Below are positions 10,391-19,128 of a stretch of 64,000 bases of DNA, piece after piece. Both the position numbers and the translations under genes were made by a program. This stretch comes from Bacteroidales bacterium (GTDB lineage Bacteria > Bacteroidota > Bacteroidia > Bacteroidales > VadinHA17), in assembly GCA_035527935.1 (NCBI GenBank), contig DATKZO010000022.1, positions 76,666 to 140,665 on the forward strand, given 5' to 3'. Every line of letters starts with the position of its first letter. Position 1 is the stretch's first letter. The notes under the pieces were generated by a model. The model did not search any database, was not told the origin of the DNA, and was given only the letters and a program-made list of their open reading frames with translations.

Positions 10391-10576
10391 GATGTGATAA
10401 ACCAAACAGCCCTGGAAGGGCTGAAGAACAATAACCCCGGTAATATCCGGGGATACAGGCACAATACGAAAACCAACCAACCCCGGATGGGGTTGAAGAA
10501 TTGTTATTTTCTTTATCGTCAAGGTTAAAGAATCTCCGCGAACGGATTGGTTATCAGCTGTTATTATGCTCAAAAT

Positions 10577-11662
10577 TCAGTATGGGGGGAATGGTAGTAT
10601 AATCGAAATGTCAGTACTTCTGCAGATTGCAAAAACTCCATTTCCGCCTTTAATATTCCCATTAAGGTAAACCGGTTCCGAAAATGGATCTTCTGCTACC
10701 TTTCCATAAGTGTAAAGGCTCTTTTCAAAAAGATACAATTCTTCCGGGATAGACAATAGCTTAACCCGAAAAGAAGTGAAGAAATCAAAAAGTGAATATC
10801 CGTCATGAAATTTAACTGAAAGTGCAATATCGGACTTATTGCCGGAAGCTTTACTGCCATTAATAAAATAAGCATATACCGGTGTTTTATTTAATAATAG
10901 TCGATTATTAATACAAATCTGATGATCCATTTTTAATCCATGCAGAACGGCAAAAAACCCAGGGATGTTGCTTTCCTTGATAGAAAAATCGACGAATCCT
11001 GATATATATGGTGCAAGACTATAGTTCATCCCCGTACCTTCTAATAAAAGCGCATAATAAGATTTACTGTTACTATAGAAAGAAATATTAATTATGGCTT
11101 GTTTTATTATATTGTCAAATGGCCTGCGACATTCCGTAAATTGAGATACTGCAATAGTATCTTTCTCAATTGAAACAAGATTTATTTCCGGAGGAGGCGC
11201 AGGAACAGTGATCTCTGCTGTAATTTCAGGGGTGCTATCTTCTTTTGCCAGCAGATAGTATGTTTCACCCGGGAGGAATTCAACACTGTCAGGTATTTCA
11301 AAATTTCTCAATTCTTTTATAGTAGTGTCACTACTGTAACTGAATATCTCATCTCCGAAAGACGAAGATATTGAGAATGAAAAACCTCTCAATGAATCAC
11401 TTAATTCATCAAGGTATTCAATCTGGTATGATTTTTCAAATGAGATATACCGGGTTGTGTCATCGGCATCAATAATTCCGATGCTGCAAAGTTTTTCCGG
11501 CAGGTTAGGCCTGTAGAACCTGTCGATATCCTCACAGCCTGTGAGTGTAAAAAAAACTACTGATATCAATGCTACAGACAGCAACCTGACTGAAGGTTTT
11601 CTGAAAAGGTTACCTGTCGCTTTTGCCCTGACAACTAACTGTAAATGATAATTAAGTTCCAT
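10577..11662 (-). CDS. DUF4249-like lipoprotein (partner of the upstream TonB-dependent receptor)
   Basis: Lipobox FTLTGC. Sits directly downstream of a TBDR, as DUF4249 genes usually do. The PGETYYLLAKE...ITAEITVP pattern resembles that family. Confidence 0.55.
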   Translation of the reverse strand: MELNYHLQLVVRAKATGNLFRKPSVRLLSVALISVVFFTLTGCEDIDRFYRPNLPEKLCSIGIIDADDTTRYISFEKSYQIEYLDELSDSLRGFSFSISSSFGDEIFSYSSDTTIKELRNFEIPDSVEFLPGETYYLLAKEDSTPEITAEITVPAPPPEINLVSIEKDTIAVSQFTECRRPFDNIIKQAIINISFYSNSKSYYALLLEGTGMNYSLAPYISGFVDFSIKESNIPGFFAVLHGLKMDHQICINNRLLLNKTPVYAYFINGSKASGNKSDIALSVKFHDGYSLFDFFTSFRVKLLSIPEELYLFEKSLYTYGKVAEDPFSEPVYLNGNIKGGNGVFAICRSTDISIILPFPPY

Positions 11663-11871
11663 TCTGACAAATTTGAAAAAACATGGTTATTGTATCCTAT
11701 ATATTTCAGGTTTATTGCGTTTTTGTTTCTGACATTTTCCTGATTTCCCTTAAACACTTTTCGGATAGTTGTGTAATAAGATTATTATTGTAATCAAAAT
11801 AACTTAATCCCAGTGGTGATTTAAGCACGATTGGTTTTATTGATTTCCCGGGAGTATCTTCCATGACAGCG

Positions 11872-13932
11872 CTAATATATTATTGTTACTGTTACTGAAG
11901 GCATTACAGGAAACAGGGGAATGTTTTTATAGTAATAACTTTTTTCGTTTTCATCATATGTTTCCCTGAAGTAGTAAGTATTTTTCCTGTTATACACGTT
12001 ATAAATATCAGCATCGATAAGTATTGAGAATTTTCTTTTGTAAATTATATACCTGCATGCCAGATCAAGCCTGTGATAATCGAAATACCTGATATTGTTC
12101 TTTGTCTCGAACCATTCGCCGTATGATGTTTCATGCATGTATATTGTTGCCGGCGAACCGGATACAAACACCCAGTTAAGCCCGAAGCTCAGTCTTTCGC
12201 TCAGTCTGTATTTGGCTGCTACATTTATATTATGAGGCCTGTCGGCATTGGAAGGGATCCATATCATGCCGTCCGGACTGCTCCATTCCCTCTCTGCCCG
12301 GGAATAGGTGTAGGCAGCACTGCCGGTAAGCTTGCCTTTTCTTTTTATTATGCCGGCTTCCAGACCATAGGCCCTTCCGTTGATTATATCAAGCAGATCA
12401 TCGAAAGAAGTATCAAAGATGAAACTTGCCCCTGGCCTGAAATCAACCATACCCGGGATCTTCTTATAATAACCATCCAGTGTCCAAACGTAATTATTAT
12501 TTATATGTCCCTGGAAACCGGCAGAGAATACATCCGATATTTCCGGACCGAAGTCCCGTGATACAGGGAGCCAGAGCATAGTTCTCAAACCTGCATTTGA
12601 TCCTTCGACCGAATGATCGGACTGGCTTAATCTCACGAAATTAATATGTGGAGAAACTACACTGCCCTGATTATATGTCAGTCTTAACCTTGGTTCGGGA
12701 ACAAAAAACCCTGCATCGCTGGTAATGGCTCCTGACAGTCTGATACCGGCATCGAGTTGCAGGTTTTTTGCAAGAACCAGGGTAATGGAGATAAAAGCAA
12801 CCGGTTCAAGTATTCTCTCGTCCTCTCCGAATACATTTTCTGTTATTGTGTCATTAAGGACAGATGCAGCTACAATATTTGGTGAAAACAACCTTACCCT
12901 GTTTGATATGCCTGCAGTATAGCTGAATCCTCTGTTTTCGCTGCTCATCACTATTGTTGAGCCAATACTATTGACGGTGGGTGAGATTGAATATGATACT
13001 TCACTTGATTCAAATAAGTCGTCGGTTGTATTCAGGAATTTATCGGTTCGCGTATATAATTCCCGGTTCATTGTTATCCTGTTATAGTTCAGGTCTAATC
13101 TCCATTTCAGATTATTTTTTGCAGGTAAATACCACTGCAGGGCATGTACCATATTATTCCATCCTGTTATCATCCCGTCTTTATAATGGATCAGTGTATC
13201 ACCAGCCAGACTTTTAACCTCATATTCTTCCTTCCCGCTGTCATAATTTCCAAAGAACAGGTATGTGATATTTCCCCATTTTGGTGAATTATGTGAAAGC
13301 TGCAGATACCCGTCATAGAATGAATAATTGTCAGGGGGCAGGTTTTCGGCTATTTCGGAGCTGACAATTTTCTTTAGTAAAGGTGCATAGAACGAATAGT
13401 TACCACGTCTGATCCCGGCTGTAAGATCCCAGTTGATCTTATTCAGGGGCAATTCAACAGTCATGCCTGAAGAAAGAAGTCCCAGCCTGAGTTGAGCCGC
13501 AAGGGAATCGGACCGGGGTTTCTTAAAGTCCAGGTTTATTACTGAAGATGCTCCTCCACCTAATTCTGACGGGAAATAATCCTTATACAATTCAGCGCTT
13601 TCAAGAAAATCAAGATCAAAGGGTGAAACGAATCCGAGGAGATGGGCAGGAAGAAAGAAATAACAACCATTTGCCAGAAAGACATTCTGTCCCTTACTTC
13701 CACCTCTTACATATATATCTGAAGACCCGTCCTTTCCCGGTACGACACCGGGTATAAGCTGAATTGACTTCAACAGATCAGGTTCGCTGAATATTACAGG
13801 AGTCACATGGATAGCGGCAGGGCTGATAATATAACTACCACGTTGGGTAACTAATACATTTCTTAATGAATCGGAGATGACATTTACCTCGCCGACTTCG
13901 ATCGGTAATACCTGCAGATAAATATTGATCAC
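11872..13932 (-). CDS. TonB-dependent receptor, plug + beta-barrel portion (no own signal peptide; continues from 13949-14212 after a +1 shift)
   Basis: Plug-like LLKSIQLIPGVVPGKDGSSDIYVRGG and a C-terminal barrel ending in an aromatic residue. The ORF-caller start is a GTG inside a longer open frame. Confidence 0.85.
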   Translation of the reverse strand: MINIYLQVLPIEVGEVNVISDSLRNVLVTQRGSYIISPAAIHVTPVIFSEPDLLKSIQLIPGVVPGKDGSSDIYVRGGSKGQNVFLANGCYFFLPAHLLGFVSPFDLDFLESAELYKDYFPSELGGGASSVINLDFKKPRSDSLAAQLRLGLLSSGMTVELPLNKINWDLTAGIRRGNYSFYAPLLKKIVSSEIAENLPPDNYSFYDGYLQLSHNSPKWGNITYLFFGNYDSGKEEYEVKSLAGDTLIHYKDGMITGWNNMVHALQWYLPAKNNLKWRLDLNYNRITMNRELYTRTDKFLNTTDDLFESSEVSYSISPTVNSIGSTIVMSSENRGFSYTAGISNRVRLFSPNIVAASVLNDTITENVFGEDERILEPVAFISITLVLAKNLQLDAGIRLSGAITSDAGFFVPEPRLRLTYNQGSVVSPHINFVRLSQSDHSVEGSNAGLRTMLWLPVSRDFGPEISDVFSAGFQGHINNNYVWTLDGYYKKIPGMVDFRPGASFIFDTSFDDLLDIINGRAYGLEAGIIKRKGKLTGSAAYTYSRAEREWSSPDGMIWIPSNADRPHNINVAAKYRLSERLSFGLNWVFVSGSPATIYMHETSYGEWFETKNNIRYFDYHRLDLACRYIIYKRKFSILIDADIYNVYNRKNTYYFRETYDENEKSYYYKNIPLFPVMPSVTVTIIY

Positions 13933-13948
13933 CGTATCGGCCGTGGCC

Positions 13949-14212
13949 TTAAAACCTAATATTCTCTGATCTGTAGCCGAGGACCCGGGTGGTAATCTCT
14001 TTTTTCCCGGGAGTGCATGTAAATATGTACTGTCCGTTCTGATCAGATGTAACCACCTTATTGTCGGGTTTTAATGTGATTACAGCATTTTGGATTATGC
14101 TTCCATCGGCCTTGTCATAGATCCTGCCCTGTATTGTCAGTGACTGACCGGATATTGCAGAACCGGCTGATACAATAGCTATTATTAGCAGTATTAATAT
14201 CTTTTTCATCAT
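13949..14212 (-). CDS. TonB-dependent receptor N-terminal fragment (signal peptide + CarboxypepD_reg-like domain)
   Basis: MMKKILILLIIAIVSAGSA signal peptide, then LTIQGRIYDKADGSIIQNAVITL...TSDQNGQY, a typical CarboxypepD_reg fold signature. Ends at UUU-UAA. Confidence 0.8.
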   Translation of the reverse strand: MMKKILILLIIAIVSAGSAISGQSLTIQGRIYDKADGSIIQNAVITLKPDNKVVTSDQNGQYIFTCTPGKKEITTRVLGYRSENIRF

Positions 14213-14652
14213 TACTTAGATACTAAGAAAAAGATGAATTCTTTAAGAGTATAAAGTAAGATTTAAAGAACTTGATGCTTCCCCATCATGCAGAAACTCT
14301 ATTCTCTCATCTCTTATTTTTTTCAGCCGTATTAGTTCCGGATAATAACACTTTGTTAAGCCAAGGTAACTGAGCGAATATTATTAATCCGGGAACTTTT
14401 CTTCTTTTCTACAAGTTAACAGTGTAATTATCAGAACAGATCCTATACAATTTATGAATTCAGGGTGATTAATACAAAAGAATCTTAAAAGACAGGCAAT
14501 TGAAGCCCGCCGGTTGGTCTCCTGCGGCCATAACCTGCTGAGCAGACCTCTGGATCCGCAGGGCTGATTGCCTTGATATACTGCTCACTCCCTTTAATAA
14601 CAATATTGAGAAGATGAGTGGTATAAAGTTCAAAAATGCCATTTAGTCGGCA

Positions 14653-15867
14653 TCAGGAAGCCTTGAGCACCTTCAGGTTTACCTTCTCTAATTTGCGTGT
14701 GGCGTAATCGGTAGTGATCCTTAATTTCTTTCTGTTTTTACCGGGTAGTTCGAACATTGCATCGATCATGATCGCTTCGCAAATCGATCTGAGTCCCCGT
14801 GCTCCAAGCTTAAACTCAATTGCTTTGTCGACCATATACTCCAGGGCCTCCTCGGCAAAAGTCAGTTCTATGCTATCCATCCTGAACAGTTTGATATACT
14901 GTTTGGTGATCGAGTTTTTGGGTTCTGTAAGGATCTTTCTCAATACTTTCCTGTCGAGAGGCTCAAGATAGGTAAGGACGGGTAACCGGCCGATTATTTC
15001 CGGGATAAGACCGAAGGCCTTAAGATCTTGAGGAGCAATATATTGCAGAAGATTATTTGTATCTATCTTTTCCCTGTTCACGGTGGCGCTGTACCCTACG
15101 ATCTGAGTATTCAGGCGGCTGGCAATTTTTTTCTCAATTCCATCAAATGCCCCACCACAAATGAAGAGGATATTCTTTGTGTCGACGGCGATCAGTTTTT
15201 GCTCAGGGTGCTTCCGTCCACCCTGGGGTGGTACATTCACGATCGACCCTTCAAGCAGCTTAAGTAATCCCTGCTGTACTCCCTCACCCGAGACATCACG
15301 TGTGATTGAAGGATTATCTCCCTTTCGTGCTATCTTGTCAATTTCATCAATAAACACAATACCTTTTTCGGCAGCGTCAACATCATAATCGGCATTCTGA
15401 AGCAGCCGGGTAAGGAGGCTTTCAATATCCTCACCTACGTAGCCTGCCTCGGTCAGAACGGTTGCATCGACAATCGTAAAAGGCACATGCAGCATTTTTG
15501 CTATTGTACGTGCAAGAAGTGTTTTCCCGGTACCGGTCTCGCCCACAAGGATGATATTTGACTTTTCAATTTCAATATCATCATCTTCTATCTTCTGCAG
15601 GAGCCTTTTGTAATGGTTGTACACTGCAACAGAAAGGAATCGTTTTGCCTCCTCCTGACCGATCACATACTGATCGAGAAACTCTTTTATTTCGACAGGT
15701 TTAAGCAGGCTGATGTTTTCAACCTTGAAATCAGATTTGGAGCCCAGTTCTTCAAGAACAATTCCATGTGCCTGCTCAACACAGTGGTCACAAATGTGGC
15801 CGTCGAGGCCGGCAATCAGCATGTTGGCCTCTTTTTTTGATCTTCCGCAGAATGCACATTTATCCAT
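14653..15867 (-). CDS. clpX: ATP-dependent Clp protease ATP-binding subunit ClpX
   Basis: N-terminal zinc finger CAFCGR...CDHC, Walker A GETGTGKT, ClpX-specific motifs. Confidence 0.97.
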   Translation of the reverse strand: MDKCAFCGRSKKEANMLIAGLDGHICDHCVEQAHGIVLEELGSKSDFKVENISLLKPVEIKEFLDQYVIGQEEAKRFLSVAVYNHYKRLLQKIEDDDIEIEKSNIILVGETGTGKTLLARTIAKMLHVPFTIVDATVLTEAGYVGEDIESLLTRLLQNADYDVDAAEKGIVFIDEIDKIARKGDNPSITRDVSGEGVQQGLLKLLEGSIVNVPPQGGRKHPEQKLIAVDTKNILFICGGAFDGIEKKIASRLNTQIVGYSATVNREKIDTNNLLQYIAPQDLKAFGLIPEIIGRLPVLTYLEPLDRKVLRKILTEPKNSITKQYIKLFRMDSIELTFAEEALEYMVDKAIEFKLGARGLRSICEAIMIDAMFELPGKNRKKLRITTDYATRKLEKVNLKVLKAS

Positions 15868-15875
15868 TTAAAGAT

Positions 15876-16550
15876 CTATTTTGACCGGGAAAGAACCTCA
15901 TCTATCATCCCATAGTCTTTTGCTTCCTGGGCAGTCATCCAGTAATCACGATCGGAATCCTTTTCCACCTTTTTGTAATCATTTCCCGAATGTTCGGCTA
16001 TGATTTCGAAGAGTTCTTTCCTTAATTTCAATATCTCCCGGGCGGTGATCTCAATATCTGAGGCCTGTCCCTGAACGCCTCCCATGGGCTGGTGTATCAT
16101 TATCCTCGAATGCTTTAATGCAGATCTTTTGCCCTTTTCCCCGGCGGTAAGTAATACTGCTCCCATTGATGCCGCCATTCCGGTGCATATAGTTGCGATA
16201 TGTGCTGATATATACTGCATTGTATCATAAATGCCAAGTCCGGCATGCACCGAGCCACCCGGTGTGTTGAAATAGATCTGTATGTCCTTGTCGGGGTCAG
16301 CAGAGTCAAGATACAGGAGCTGTGCCTGGATTATATTGGCCACATAATCATCGATTGGCAGTCCCAGGAAGATTATCCTGTCCATCATCAAACGGGAGAA
16401 AACATCCATTGATGCGACATTCAGCTGCCTCTCTTCGATAATAGTAGGTGAGATATAATTACTGTAAATGGAACTGTACTGCTCATACCTCAGGCTGCTC
16501 ATTCCCATATGTCCTGTGGCAAATTTCTTAAAATCATCTTTTTGAGCCAT
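15876..16550 (-). CDS. clpP: ATP-dependent Clp protease proteolytic subunit
   Basis: IIFLG...TICTGMAASMGA...IMIHQP are ClpP catalytic motifs. Confidence 0.97.
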   Translation of the reverse strand: MAQKDDFKKFATGHMGMSSLRYEQYSSIYSNYISPTIIEERQLNVASMDVFSRLMMDRIIFLGLPIDDYVANIIQAQLLYLDSADPDKDIQIYFNTPGGSVHAGLGIYDTMQYISAHIATICTGMAASMGAVLLTAGEKGKRSALKHSRIMIHQPMGGVQGQASDIEITAREILKLRKELFEIIAEHSGNDYKKVEKDSDRDYWMTAQEAKDYGMIDEVLSRSK

Positions 16551-16575
16551 TGTTATAAGTATTTATTGTTCAGAT

Positions 16576-16583
16576 CAAAGATA
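16576..16583 (-). promoter_or_regulatory. candidate -7 promoter box for clpP-clpX
   Basis: Minus strand TATCTTTG (TAnnTTTG), 26 nt upstream of the clpP ATG. Confidence 0.5.
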
Positions 16584-16620
16584 AAAAAATATTGAATAGG
16601 AAGGATACAGGATGCACCCC

Positions 16621-17973
16621 TTAACTGGTAAAGAGTTTATTAAACTCATCGGCAGTAACTTTTACAGTTTCAACTTTTACCATCTCCTTAATCTTCTCAA
16701 TCACTTTTTCTTCAAGTATCTTATCGGCTATCTTTTTTTGATCTTCCTCCCTCCTGAGCATCTCTTTTGCATATTTATCAACCTGCTCGTCGGCAGCGTA
16801 ATAGAGTCCATACTGCTGAAATTGTTGCCGCGTATAATTCCTTGCCTCATCCAGAAGATCCTCTTCACCGATCTTTATTTCATTATCTCTGGCAATCCTG
16901 TTCCTGATAAGCTGCCACTTGAGGTCTTCAAGGAATTTTTCGAAATCTTTGTCAATTTCTTCTTCCGAAAGCTCTTTATTCACCTTGAGGAGCCATCTTT
17001 TCAGGAAATCTTGCGGCAGGTTGAAAGAGCTCTTCTCAACAGCAAGTTTCTTTGCATCGGTCAGTGCTTTGTAGTTACTCTCCGTGCTGAGCTGGCTGGC
17101 TATCTCCTCATCCAGTTTACTTATAAATTCATCTTCAGACTTAACGGCTCCTTCACCATAAACCTTGTCGAACAGCTCCTGATTGCAAGCGGCTGGTGTG
17201 AACCTTGATATCTCACTGATCACTGCCCTGAAAGTGCCGCCGACTTTAGTTGTCTCTTCCTTCTTCATTTGAAGGATCGCTGCTATCTCATAATTGTTAG
17301 GATAGGCTTTCCTGATATCAAAATCTACCGATTCACCCTTTTTCCGGCCAATAAAACTCTTCCTGATCTCCTCATCCTTGATCACACTCACTGAAAGGGA
17401 TGAGTTTTCGGCAGATAACCCATCTTCTGCCAATGATCCTGAATCATCAATCTGTTCTATCCTGGCCTTTATTATATCTTCCGGTGCTACTTCTTCAACA
17501 TTGGAATAATCTCCGAACTTACGGGCATAATTGTCAATGAAACCCTGGCGCAACTTCCTGTCAATTTTAATCTCATAGCAGGTCATCTTGACCTTTTTTG
17601 TCAGGGTGATCTGAAATTCAGGAGCGAGTCCGAGTTCAAATGAGAATGTAAACCGGTCGTCGTTCTCAAAATCAATGCTTTCGTTCTCATCTGCAAGGGG
17701 GAGAGGATCGCCCAGGATATCAATTTTCTCCTCGTTTATATATTTATTGATACCCTCAGAGACAATTTTGTTTATCTCATCCAGCTTGACGGAGGGGCCG
17801 TACATCTTCTTTATTATCCCGAAAGGTACCTTGCCGGGCCTGAATCCCTTAATGCTTGCTTTCTTTTTGTAATCCTTTAGCAGCTCGTTAACCTTTTCAC
17901 TGTAATCATCACTGGAAACCTGTACCTTCAGAATTGCATTCAGTTCATCAATATTCTCCTTCGTAATATTCAT
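16621..17973 (-). CDS. tig: trigger factor
   Basis: 450 aa. N-terminal ribosome-binding GFRPGKVP motif and tig-clpP-clpX synteny. Confidence 0.95.
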   Translation of the reverse strand: MNITKENIDELNAILKVQVSSDDYSEKVNELLKDYKKKASIKGFRPGKVPFGIIKKMYGPSVKLDEINKIVSEGINKYINEEKIDILGDPLPLADENESIDFENDDRFTFSFELGLAPEFQITLTKKVKMTCYEIKIDRKLRQGFIDNYARKFGDYSNVEEVAPEDIIKARIEQIDDSGSLAEDGLSAENSSLSVSVIKDEEIRKSFIGRKKGESVDFDIRKAYPNNYEIAAILQMKKEETTKVGGTFRAVISEISRFTPAACNQELFDKVYGEGAVKSEDEFISKLDEEIASQLSTESNYKALTDAKKLAVEKSSFNLPQDFLKRWLLKVNKELSEEEIDKDFEKFLEDLKWQLIRNRIARDNEIKIGEEDLLDEARNYTRQQFQQYGLYYAADEQVDKYAKEMLRREEDQKKIADKILEEKVIEKIKEMVKVETVKVTADEFNKLFTS

Positions 17974-18048
17974 TGCAGTTTACTTTTATACTTAATTAAA
18001 GACCGCCTTATTTTCGGAATTTCCCTTTTAAAGCGGTCGTAAAGCCAG

Positions 18049-18130
18049 TGCGGATGAAGGGACTCGAACCCCCACGCCCGAAGGCACTAGATCCTAAGTC
18101 TAGCGCGGCTACCAATTACGCCACATCCGC
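18049..18130 (-). tRNA. tRNA-Leu (anticodon UAG), type II with long variable arm
   Basis: Minus strand GCGGATG...CTAGA-CTTAGGA-TCTAG...GGTTCGAGTCC...CATCCGCA. 7-bp acceptor stem, anticodon loop CUUAGGA, T-loop GTTCGAGT. No encoded CCA. Confidence 0.93.
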
Positions 18131-18132
18131 GT

Positions 18133-18246
18133 GAATCCTGCGAGAGCATTGGCTTCGAACTTCGCCCCGGTTCATCGGGGCTACGTCCGACGAAGTCGCC
18201 GAGCTCGTAAACTCGGTTCCCCGCTGCCTGCTGTGAGGAGCTTCAA
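18133..18246. repeat. GC-rich structured intergenic repeat, copy 1 (abuts the 5' end of tRNA-Leu)
   Basis: About 93% identical by manual alignment to 55647-55761 (a 59-nt perfectly identical core). Contains GCCCCG-gttcat-CGGGGC, CCGAG...CTCGG and other stems. Confidence 0.85.
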
Positions 18247-18254
18247 ATTCCCCG

Positions 18255-18262
18255 CAAAAGTA
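18255..18262 (-). promoter_or_regulatory. candidate -7 promoter box reading into repeat copy 1 and tRNA-Leu
   Basis: Minus strand TACTTTTG (TAnnTTTG). The 14-mer ATCTCTACTTTTGC is identical to the one upstream of the cysK-like gene at 60784-60797. Confidence 0.45.
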
Positions 18263-18293
18263 GAGATAATATTCTTTAATTGCAATATTGGGA

Positions 18294-19022
18294 TTACCGT
18301 CTCAACTCGAAGTTTTTTCCAAGGTAGACTTTTCTAACCTGCTCATCATCAGCAAGTTGTTCAGATGTGCCCGATTTCAGTATTTTACCTTCGAAAAGCA
18401 GGTAAGCCCTGTCGGTAATTGAAAGTGTCTCGTGGACATTATGATCGGTGATAAGAATACCGATATTACGGTCTTTCAGGTGGGCAACAATTTCCTGTAT
18501 ATCCTCTACAGCAATGGGATCAACCCCTGCAAATGGTTCGTCAAGCAGTATGAACCTTGGTTTCAGGGCAAGTGCCCTGGCGATCTCGGTCCTGCGCCGT
18601 TCTCCACCTGAGAGGGTAATTCCAAGTTGCTTCCTTATTTTCGCTAGTCCGAATTCAGTCAGAAGTGACTCGAGCCTCTCTGACTGTTCCTTTTTGCCAA
18701 AGCCCGACATCTCAAGTATTGCACGCAGGTTATCTTCAACACTCAGCCGCCTGAACACAGATGCTTCCTGGGCCAGGTAGCCAATTCCCAACCTGGCTCT
18801 CTTGTAAACAGGTAATCCCGTTATGTTCTGGTTATCAAGGAAGATCTTGCCTTCATTGGCCTTTATCAGGCCTACGATCATATAGAATGAAGTGGTCTTT
18901 CCGGCACCATTCGGACCAAGCAGTCCAACTATCTCACCCTGCTCGACCTCGATCGAGACATTGTTGACAACTGCCCGGTTTCGGTACTTTTTTACCAGGT
19001 TTTCTGTATGTAGTTTCATCAT
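18294..19022 (-). CDS. lptB: LPS export ABC transporter ATP-binding protein
   Basis: 242 aa. [18 protein letters not shown]...GPNGAGKTT and an LptB-type C-terminus. Confidence 0.9.
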   Translation of the reverse strand: MMKLHTENLVKKYRNRAVVNNVSIEVEQGEIVGLLGPNGAGKTTSFYMIVGLIKANEGKIFLDNQNITGLPVYKRARLGIGYLAQEASVFRRLSVEDNLRAILEMSGFGKKEQSERLESLLTEFGLAKIRKQLGITLSGGERRRTEIARALALKPRFILLDEPFAGVDPIAVEDIQEIVAHLKDRNIGILITDHNVHETLSITDRAYLLFEGKILKSGTSEQLADDEQVRKVYLGKNFELRR

Positions 19023-19128
19023 ATAATAATTGATCTTAATTGTATGATGGAACCCACATGTTGCAGGTTATTATAATACTGTGTTTGTGTATTCAAATAC
19101 ATGTGGGTTTCATAATTTATCCTTCCAT

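Noticed and set aside
10216-10573. Three overlapping 82-86-aa ORFs in the hairpin-rich intergenic region
   Set aside because: They overlap one another in different frames and are made of stem-loop sequence, with no coding signal.
16612-17208. 198-aa ORF antisense to trigger factor
   Set aside because: It is the antisense of Lys/Glu-rich codons (F/L-rich translation) and lies fully inside a confidently identified gene.
18254-18267. Identical 14-mer GCAAAAGTAGAGAT at 18254-18267 and 60784-60797 as a mobile or repeat element
   Set aside because: A shared 14-mer is within chance expectation for 64 kb on both strands. Both copies sit at promoter distance, so they are treated as an extended -7 promoter consensus only.
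17974-18300. tRNA-Leu as an integration hotspot for a genomic island
   Set aside because: There is no integrase, no direct repeat of the tRNA 3' end and no foreign-looking genes on either side. The flanks are tig-clpPX and lptB.
18131-18337. 68-aa ORF (MNPARALASNFAPVHRGYVRRSRRA...) covering repeat copy 1
   Set aside because: The second copy of the repeat has no equivalent start codon or conserved frame. The ORF also runs into the 3' end of lptB on the opposite strand. The sequence is better explained as structured non-coding DNA or RNA.
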